Shown: positions 52,674 to 59,625 of the stretch, piece after piece
Layout: every line of letters begins with the position of its first letter
How positions within the stretch are numbered: the first letter of the stretch is position 1
Assembly: GCA_048938855.1 (NCBI GenBank)
Contig: JBHLLT010000006.1
Span: 106,086-165,710 of the forward strand
Direction: 5' to 3'
Length of the DNA: 59,625 bases
Origin: Promethearchaeota archaeon
Lineage (GTDB): Archaea > Asgardarchaeota > Lokiarchaeia > Sigyniarchaeales > SOKP01
Translations under genes and position numbers: made by a program
The notes under the pieces: model-generated
Databases searched by the model: none
Told to the model about the DNA's origin: nothing
The model's input: only the letters and a program-made list of their open reading frames with translations

Positions 52674-53465
52674 CTAGGCTTTCAAAATTTTAGTCTGAAC
52701 TCTTCCATGAGTTAATTTATTCAATTTATCAATTAACTCCATTTGTAATCCAGCAGGTAAACCTACTACAGCAACCCAGGATCCATCAGATTGCCATTCT
52801 TCTTTCTTAATTTGCACATATTGGGCAACAATATTATAACCCTTAGCTGTAAACGCTGTTGGAATTTTAATTGCCATTTCAACTTGTTCAATTCTTATAG
52901 GAATAATGGCTCGAATACTCTTAACAACATCATCAACCTGTTCTTCCGCACTCCTCATTAAATCAATTTTAACTTTTGCTTCTTCAATAGCTTTTTCAAT
53001 TCGTTGGTATGGATGAGGTTTTTTATTTTGTGGATTTATTGCATTTTTACTTATAATTGTTATAATTTGTTTCAATTTCTTCTGGCGCTCTTCTTCTCTT
53101 TGGACTTGTGTCCAATGAATTTCTCCATCTAATAGGATATGCGCCCCAATTCTCATCCCATCTGTTGTATTAAAAACTACTTCCATGTCTCCATCTGTTG
53201 CTTTTTTTCCTCTTCTTAAATCTTCGAAAACACTAAAACTCTCAAAAACAAGTTCTAAATCGATACTTTGATGATTAAGTATCTCTTCAACAGTAAGACG
53301 AGATTTTTCTTTACCTTCTTTTAATCTATTATTGATTTCTTCACGAATTAGTTTTTTGGCTTCCCAAGCTTTCTCAGGATCCATTAACATTTCAAAAACT
53401 CTTCCAGAATTCTCGATTCGCCCTATGATATAACCGCCTAAATCAATTCTTGCTCGATCAATCAT
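52674..53465 (-). CDS. Ribosome maturation factor SBDS/Sdo1
   Basis: GRVFE...DP, AINPQNKKPHP..RIE and superoperon context. Confidence 0.93.
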   Translation of the reverse strand: MIDRARIDLGGYIIGRIENSGRVFEMLMDPEKAWEAKKLIREEINNRLKEGKEKSRLTVEEILNHQSIDLELVFESFSVFEDLRRGKKATDGDMEVVFNTTDGMRIGAHILLDGEIHWTQVQREEERQKKLKQIITIISKNAINPQNKKPHPYQRIEKAIEEAKVKIDLMRSAEEQVDDVVKSIRAIIPIRIEQVEMAIKIPTAFTAKGYNIVAQYVQIKKEEWQSDGSWVAVVGLPAGLQMELIDKLNKLTHGRVQTKILKA

Positions 53466-53566
53466 GTTACAGTTTCACAATTTAACTGATTGAATAATCT
53501 CAATTTGTTCTTACAATATTTTCTGTCTTTCTGTTAAGAGATAAATATAAATGGGTGTAACCTTGA

Positions 53567-54286
53567 TTATATTTTAGTTAATAATCCTTCTTTTTCTTCC
53601 AAACTAAGTAGCTTAAAGGTTTTATCTTCCTTTAATATAAAAGCTACATCACATGTATTATTATTTAAATTATCGCCCATCAATTCTTTCAATGCTTTTA
53701 AAGGCAATAATTTCAAATCCTCATCACTCATATCTTCTTTATAATGCTCTTCAAGGTAAGCTCTTGCTTCCGCTGCTCCGGAGCCAATAGCAAAAGCTTT
53801 ATACCCCCACATTGCTCCACTTGGGTCCGTTAAATATAAGGAAGGCTGATCATTAGAATCGATCCCAGCAATTAGAAAGGAAACACCAAAAGGGCGTACT
53901 CCTGCGTTTTGGGTAAATACTTGTTTGTATTCACATATATTTAGAGTGCTATCTTTAACAGAAATCCTTTCATCATAATTTAATAAATTAACCTGAGCTT
54001 GAACTCGAGCTCGGTCAATAAGCACTCTAGCATCAGCAGTAAGTCCCGCAATTGCTACTCCTATATGGTCATCAATTTTAAATATTTTTTCTGAACCTTT
54101 AGTTTGCTCTTGAAGTTCAGTACTTTTCTTTTCAACAGCAAAAACCACGGAGGTCTTATTCCTGCATACAATTGCCGTGGTCCCCCTTCGTACAGCTTCA
54201 ATAGCATATTCAACTTGAAAAAGCCGACCTTCGGGTGAAAATTGGGTTATCGCCATATCATAACCTCTTCCTGCTTGCTGGAACAC
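53567..54286 (-). CDS. psmA: Proteasome alpha subunit
   Basis: YDMAITQFSPEGRLFQVEYA, RPFGVS and TDPSG. Confidence 0.97.
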   Translation of the reverse strand: MFQQAGRGYDMAITQFSPEGRLFQVEYAIEAVRRGTTAIVCRNKTSVVFAVEKKSTELQEQTKGSEKIFKIDDHIGVAIAGLTADARVLIDRARVQAQVNLLNYDERISVKDSTLNICEYKQVFTQNAGVRPFGVSFLIAGIDSNDQPSLYLTDPSGAMWGYKAFAIGSGAAEARAYLEEHYKEDMSDEDLKLLPLKALKELMGDNLNNNTCDVAFILKEDKTFKLLSLEEKEGLLTKI

Positions 54287-54758
54287 TTAGATTCACCTTA
54301 AAAGTTTTTAATATTTATCTATTTATATTATTTTTTGTATTTATTTTCTATAGTTAAAAAGTAGTAATAATTACTATAATAAATATTTTTTTTAAATATT
54401 TTAAAAAAAGAAAGTGTTTCGGGCATAGACCGTATCATAACTGAAGAATTTTAATACTTCTTCATCCTATTTTTCTCCCATTTTTTACAATTTTTGGGCA
54501 TTGGTTTAAATATTTAATATTTATTTAATTGAATTTGGAATTTTAATTTTTTGATTGGAAGGATTATTTTTTTTATTTCAGTATTTTTTTCAACCCCAAT
54601 TGCCCTTAAGAATCATAGATAAAACATATATCCTACGTATAACTTGTTTACAGCTATATTTTATAAAGAAGTTAATTAAATAAAGAAGCAATTCATAAAA
54701 AAAGAATGTTAAAAATTGAATCAAGAAGGCTTTAACGGATAATCTTCATAATATATTT

Positions 54759-55130
54759 CTACGACCAAGCAACTTTATTTATAAATATTGACCACTCCAA
54801 CAATATCATACCTTCATCCCTCGTATGAGCAACAAGGTAATCTCCTTCTTTCGTGATAGATCCAACAATATTTCCTTTTCCTGCACCAATATTTTTAGCA
54901 GCTAATTGGATATCATCATTTTTTAATATTGCAAATCGGTAGTTTTGATAAGAAAGAGCAGGTTCTTTTGTTTTCCAGGCATTTAATATTCCTTTAGCTT
55001 CTTCACTTGGTAGTGGAAAATCTCCAGATTTAAAAACAATATTTCCTTCCTTATTTAAAAGGAAAACTTCCTCTACACCGTCATATTCATGTAGTGCTTC
55101 AACCAAATCATTAAATCTTTGTTCTTCCAT
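54759..55130 (-). CDS. Profilin-like protein (Asgard type)
   Basis: 123 aa with a helix-beta-helix layout; RFAILKND..QLAAKN..GKGNIVG resembles the Asgard profilin core. Confidence 0.7.
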   Translation of the reverse strand: MEEQRFNDLVEALHEYDGVEEVFLLNKEGNIVFKSGDFPLPSEEAKGILNAWKTKEPALSYQNYRFAILKNDDIQLAAKNIGAGKGNIVGSITKEGDYLVAHTRDEGMILLEWSIFINKVAWS

Positions 55131-55307
55131 AATTCTCCATCTTTCACATAATTCTATTTTGCGTTTATTGAAAGAATGATAAAAATTTTTGAATTTAAAT
55201 CTTTTTAGAACAAACTATTCTATCATTCAAATTAAGGGAAAGTATTTTACACAAAAGAGATTAGTTTATTTAATAGTATATCGAAATTACCCTTTGTGTT
55301 TTATTTT

Positions 55308-56102
55308 ATGGTCCAAAAATTAGTTTTATTTGATAAAATCTATAATATTTCAGATCAAGGAAAGAAGGAAGACATTTATCTTCGATATCTCAAGTATTTG
55401 AAGGAGCGGGTTAAAGGATTTAGGGATACTTCTATTCAGATAAAAAAGCTAAGGAAATTTGATAAAAGATTCGAGATTTCCATCAGTGGTTCTGAAGAAT
55501 CATTCATCCTTAATATTTTAAAAAAAGAAATTGGAAGTATTGAAAATTTTAAAGACATTAGTGTTGGAAAGATATATCGAGGTACTCTTGTTGATGTAGG
55601 AAAAGTTGGATTCGGACTTTTTGCAGATTGTGCGATCTCTAATCCCCATGCTGATGTTTTAATTAATTTACACTCACTAAGAGAACAATTATGTAAAGGT
55701 TATCAGAGATCATTGAATGAAATTATTGATGCATATGATTTTATTGATCATTTTCCTGTATATGTTAAAATCACCGAAATAGATTCTACTAAAAATAAAA
55801 TTCTTGGTGAGTTAGCCTCACAGACTTTAGAGTTCTTTAACAAAATCTTAAAAGAAAATCTTGAGGGAGTCTTTTTAAGTGGAGAAACTAAAGGTCAATT
55901 TAAGAAGATCTTGAATAAAAAAGGCCATTACCGAGATATTATTTCAGTGAAAAGATTTGGGTTTTTAGAAAATTTAGTTCTTTTAAAAGAAGGGTCAAAT
56001 GCTCCAGGAATTATTGCTCATATTGGTAAAGAACTCAGAAATTGTAAATTAAGCGCTATAAGACCTCAGAAAATAAAACAACTTTTTGAATTAAATGAGT
56101 AA
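55308..56102 (+). CDS. Archaeal OB-fold protein (DUF2110-like)
   Basis: GKIYRGTLVDVGKVGFGLFAD, GHYRDI...RFG..E and APGII..IG. Confidence 0.75.
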   Translation: MVQKLVLFDKIYNISDQGKKEDIYLRYLKYLKERVKGFRDTSIQIKKLRKFDKRFEISISGSEESFILNILKKEIGSIENFKDISVGKIYRGTLVDVGKVGFGLFADCAISNPHADVLINLHSLREQLCKGYQRSLNEIIDAYDFIDHFPVYVKITEIDSTKNKILGELASQTLEFFNKILKENLEGVFLSGETKGQFKKILNKKGHYRDIISVKRFGFLENLVLLKEGSNAPGIIAHIGKELRNCKLSAIRPQKIKQLFELNE

Positions 56103-56103
56103 A

Positions 56104-56269
56104 TGGTGGGCCAGGAGAGGTTTTCAAGAAAAAAGGATATCTTCTTTCCAATTGAACTCCCGACCTTCGCGGTGTATTCGCGATATAATATATTTAATGT
56201 TATATTAGCGCGACGTCTATTATTCAATTTTTTAAAAAAATTGAACCATAACCACTAGACCACTGGCCC
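56104..56269 (-). tRNA. tRNA-Val(UAC) with three introns (56217-56246, 56177-56206, 56121-56150); CCA encoded
   Basis: Removing three 30-nt inserts gives a 76-nt cloverleaf: GGGCCAG TG GTCTAGTGGTTATGAC G TCGCG CT TAC AC CGCGA AGGTC GGGAG TTCAATC CTCTC CTGGCCC A CCA. Confidence 0.92.
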
Positions 56270-56590
56270 AGTCTAACAAATTTTAATTAAGTTTAATACC
56301 AGATACAATTAAAATTTTTGTGTAAATATGATTTCATTAATATATAATCAAGGACGAAAAATGAGAGGACCTTTTTAGTTTTGATCTTCCTGATTAGATA
56401 GATCCTAAGAAATTATTTTATTTTTTTTAAATCTGTTCTATATAATGGTTAAAACGTGATAGAATAAAGAATTTTCGGAGAGAAATGAGACAGATGGAGT
56501 ATGTTTTAGAGTATTATTTTTATACTACTTTTTCTTATTTAGTAGTATTGTTTAAAATCCAGCATGGTATAGGATAAGAGGTATTTAAAA

Positions 56591-57148
56591 ATGGAAGGAA
56601 GTGGACGAGAAGGAGTAGAATTATCATACAAGATTTGTATTTTCGGGGATCCTGGTGTTGGAAAGACAACATTGGTAAATCATTATCTCACAAATGAATT
56701 TCATGAAAATATACAAGCGACTCTAGGAGCCTCAGTACATATTAAATATGTAGAGCTAGAAAATGGAAGAATAACAGTTCAGGTATGGGATTTTGGTGGT
56801 CATAAAAGGTTTAAATTCTTGATTTCATCTTATGCGCGAGGTTCATCTGGAGCAATTTTTATGTTTGATCTTACTAATCATGAGAGTTTAATTGCGTTAA
56901 AGGAATGGCTTCCCGAATTTGGGAAGACAGTTAGATATGTACCACTTATCATGGTTGGTGGTAAACTAGATCTTGAAGAACTAAGGGTTTGTAACAAAGA
57001 AGAAGTGTATGAGATGATGAAATCCTATAAATTCTATAACTATATTGAATGTTCCTCAAAAACGGGAGAGAATGTCGAATTAGTATTTAGAGTTTTATTA
57101 GCTAAAATTCTTGAAGATAAAGGATATACATACCTAAAATTTAAGTGA
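56591..57148 (+). CDS. Rab/Ras-like small GTPase
   Basis: G1 GDPGVGKT, G2 ATLG, G3 WDFGG, G4 GKLD and G5 CSSK. Confidence 0.92.
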   Translation: MEGSGREGVELSYKICIFGDPGVGKTTLVNHYLTNEFHENIQATLGASVHIKYVELENGRITVQVWDFGGHKRFKFLISSYARGSSGAIFMFDLTNHESLIALKEWLPEFGKTVRYVPLIMVGGKLDLEELRVCNKEEVYEMMKSYKFYNYIECSSKTGENVELVFRVLLAKILEDKGYTYLKFK

Positions 57149-57223
57149 ATTGATAATATTCTTCTCAACAGTAATTTTTGGTTAAAAAACTAAATATTTA
57201 AAATCTTCATTAGATAATTTGAG

Positions 57224-57306
57224 CGCAATCGGTGGGATTCGAACCCACGAGTCCACTGGACACCGGTTTAGCAGACCGGCGCTCTACCAGGCTAAGCGAC
57301 GATTGC
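57224..57306 (-). tRNA. tRNA-Ser(GCU)
   Basis: GCAATCG/CGATTGC acceptor, CCGGT-CTGCTAA-ACCGG anticodon arm, long variable arm, TTCGAAT and G73. Confidence 0.95.
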
Positions 57307-57455
57307 TTATTAAATTAAGATTCGTTCAGTTACAATTTCAATATAACAATTCACAATTTTAATATTTTATTATATAATTTAGACGTCCACCTAGAAAGAA
57401 AAAAAGAAAAAAATTTATAATTAATATTTCAAAATCTTCTGTCTTAGCAAATTGA

Positions 57456-58661
57456 TTATAATTTCTTCCTTGAGCGCCGTAGTTGTCTTATCCTATTTTC
57501 TCCATAATACCATAAAGTACCAATTGGAATACATATCATCCAATTTATCAGTAGATATAAAAAGACTATTAAGGGATCATATCCAAAATCAATTCCAAAA
57601 ATACTCGCACCGTAATGACCTCCGTATAGACTAATAACTATTCCGAAATATAATATCTGAGTTAGCAGAATATGATAAGTCGACCTACTAATTAGCCTAA
57701 TTCCCTTTACTAAAATATTATTATCTTTAACCTTTTTTGGAAATATTTTTAATGCAAGCAAAACAAGGAATGCCGAATATGGAAAAATGAGAAAATGATA
57801 ATCACCAAGTTCAAACCCAAAAGAGAAATTAAAGAACTGATAGGCAATGATATATGCCAAACTTAAAGGAAACAGTATCCACATGAAATAATTTTTTTTA
57901 GAAAAGATGTCATGATCCCGAGAAAACCACAACCCTAATCCAACAACAGATAACATAAAAGGTAAGCTTGTAACAGTGAATCGGTAATAAAATTGCCACT
58001 CAGCAGGGGAGGAAACATATAAAGGCACAACAAATCTAAAAAGGGAAATAATTCCTAATTCGATAATATAACATAAGCACAGAGAAATAATACTCCATTT
58101 TAATTTCCCAGAAAATCCTTTGTATAATAAAGGCATTATTAAAATCGACCAAAAAATAACAGGTATAAACCAATTACCAGGCCCATAGAAGGGTAAAATA
58201 CCAATTAATAAATGTGCTACATCCCATCTCCAGTAACCATGTACTATATCATAATGTTGTCCATACCACATAGCCTCAAGATCAAAATTATATCTGATCA
58301 ATCCTGTAATAGTAGAGACGATATAAAGGATAAAGAAAGGAAAAATGTATCTCCAAAACTTCTTTTTAAAGTAATTCCATGAATATAATTTTCTTAATGA
58401 AGTTTCACCCGTTTGTTTGAATGAAAGTCCCATATTAAAGCCCATAATTACTAAGAACACAGGAATTGAGATTCTTTCCCATAAAGCAACTCCCATGAAA
58501 TTTTTTAAGTCCCAAGGATATGTATGATCAAAAATAACTAGAAAAATCATAACAGCTTTTAAAATATCTATTTGAAAAAAACGGTGATTTTTTTTATCAA
58601 ACTCCTCAAATTTTTCAATGGAAAAATCATCTTCTTTCATATTTATGTCTCCAAATTTCAT
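57456..58661 (-). CDS. Acyltransferase family 3 membrane protein
   Basis: IDILKAVMIFLVIFDH, IPVFLVIMGF, NWFI and STYHILLTQ. Confidence 0.85.
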   Translation of the reverse strand: MKFGDINMKEDDFSIEKFEEFDKKNHRFFQIDILKAVMIFLVIFDHTYPWDLKNFMGVALWERISIPVFLVIMGFNMGLSFKQTGETSLRKLYSWNYFKKKFWRYIFPFFILYIVSTITGLIRYNFDLEAMWYGQHYDIVHGYWRWDVAHLLIGILPFYGPGNWFIPVIFWSILIMPLLYKGFSGKLKWSIISLCLCYIIELGIISLFRFVVPLYVSSPAEWQFYYRFTVTSLPFMLSVVGLGLWFSRDHDIFSKKNYFMWILFPLSLAYIIAYQFFNFSFGFELGDYHFLIFPYSAFLVLLALKIFPKKVKDNNILVKGIRLISRSTYHILLTQILYFGIVISLYGGHYGASIFGIDFGYDPLIVFLYLLINWMICIPIGTLWYYGENRIRQLRRSRKKL

Positions 58662-58784
58662 ACAATACTTTTGATAAAATATAATTTTATCTTTAAAATT
58701 TGATGGACAGATATAAACTTTATTTGACTAGAATGTATAAATCAAAGAATTGAAAAAAAAGAAGAGGAGGAATAAATGTATGAT

Positions 58785-59273
58785 CTATTCCGAAATTATC
58801 TCAAATACCATTTTTTCTATAATTGGTTTTTTAGTGTACCTTTTATCGTAATACCAACCTACTAGATGAGCATTTTGCTCGGGTGTTTTATCAGCTACTG
58901 GTGGAATAACAATAATCATAACTCCATTTGATAAATATTTTAATATACGCTTATCTATTGTATGAAGTTTTTCATTCCCGCTAGGATGAGAGTGCCACAT
59001 CCATACAATATCAACTCCTAGCTCAGCTTTAAATTTACGCATATTATAGATTTTAGATTTCTTGTATCGCATCCAACTTCTTGGTTTAACATGAACTTTG
59101 CTTTTTCGTAAGTCAGTATTCATAATAAATTTGGTACAGATTCCAAAATTTTCTTTACGATCAGCAAAGAGCCAACCATGTATAATATTGGGATATTCTT
59201 CAGCTGCTTTTTGAGTAATCTCTTTAAATAAGCTTTCTGGTATTAAATAACGAAAATCCTTTGCCCCACTCAT
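58785..59273 (-). CDS. JAB/MPN-domain protein with an atypical JAMM motif
   Basis: YPNIIHGWL and WHSHPSGNEKLHTID. Confidence 0.8.
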   Translation of the reverse strand: MSGAKDFRYLIPESLFKEITQKAAEEYPNIIHGWLFADRKENFGICTKFIMNTDLRKSKVHVKPRSWMRYKKSKIYNMRKFKAELGVDIVWMWHSHPSGNEKLHTIDKRILKYLSNGVMIIVIPPVADKTPEQNAHLVGWYYDKRYTKKPIIEKMVFEIISE

Positions 59274-59421
59274 ATTTTCATCAATGTAGCATAAAATTTA
59301 TATTTTTCCTAAAGTCATGGTAAAGCTCGGGTAGAGCAAACCAAAAATAATAAAAAATTTATTCTTTTGACTATAAAGTATTTATAACATCAGTTCAATT
59401 GTTTGTAAAATTTCTAAATAC

Positions 59422-59526
59422 GCAGACGTAGCCTAGCTGGTAAGACGCCGGCCTTGAGTTGTTTAATATTTAGACAAGAAAGCCGGTGCGCGTAAGCGCT
59501 CGGGGGTTCGAATCCCTCCGTCTGCG
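59422..59526 (+). tRNA. tRNA-Ser(UGA) with a canonical 37/38 intron (59459-59480)
   Basis: GCAGACG/CGTCTGC acceptor; CCGGC CT TGA G[intron]A GCCGG; exon CTTG pairs with intron CAAG; long variable arm; G73. Confidence 0.92.
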
Positions 59527-59551
59527 TTTTTTAGGAATCTTTATAAATTAT

Positions 59552-59625
59552 GGGCTATTGGCGCAGGCAGGTAGCGCAGCAGGCTCTTAACCTGACGGTC
59601 GGGGGTTCGAATCCCTCATAGCCCG
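59552..59625 (+). tRNA. tRNA-Lys(CUU)
   Basis: GGGCTAT/ATAGCCC acceptor, GCAGG-CTCTTAA-CCTGA anticodon arm and TTCGAAT; ends at the window edge. Confidence 0.95.

Noticed and set aside
54287-54758. Long intergenic region with a TGAAGAA/TTCTTCA hairpin, weak C/D-box-like words and a 16-codon basic ORF
   Set aside because: The boxes are degenerate, no guide target was recognised and the peptide does not convincingly match a known small ribosomal protein.
59422-59526. Possible selenocysteine or suppressor tRNA, because of TGA and a long variable arm
   Set aside because: The anticodon UGA reads UCA (Ser). tRNA-Sec needs anticodon UCA and an extended acceptor stem; this one is a standard 7 bp.
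56270-59625. tRNA-anchored integrated element
   Set aside because: No integrase, transposase or duplicated tRNA 3' end (att site) was seen inside the window; an element beyond tRNA-Lys cannot be assessed.
1-59625. CRISPR array, rRNA or selenoprotein UGA read-through
   Set aside because: No regularly spaced repeats or long GC-rich RNA genes were seen, and the redox proteins have ordinary Cys motifs.

Overview
AT-rich archaeal chromosome segment, most likely from an Asgard archaeon (Lokiarchaeia/Promethearchaeota-like). The assignment rests on a profilin-like gene, a Rab-like small GTPase, a stand-alone 7TM protein and archaeal core genes; it was not confirmed by phylogeny. In order the window holds: an atypical TFB divergent from two tandem RHH-HisKA-REC proteins that lack a kinase ATPase domain; nadC; a dispersed sugar/polyol catabolic cluster with two unusual fusions; pyrC, a trmY-like gene, srp54, eIF5A, nadK, nob1, fen1, cdc48 and a HerA-like ATPase; an AbiEii/MenT-like nucleotidyltransferase; a PPi-type Pfk and the porGDAB operon; t6A/KEOPS genes with an ECF module and the exosome-proteasome superoperon; and a tRNA-rich end. 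Best signals: (1) a tRNA-Val(UAC) interrupted by three non-canonical introns, each exactly 30 nt and each with a BHB-type motif; (2) the TFB plus RHH-HisKA-REC regulatory module; (3) apparent AUA initiation at three genes; (4) several probable pseudo-enzymes. No CRISPR array, rRNA, transposase or integrase was seen. All calls come from reading motifs by eye; no database searches were run.
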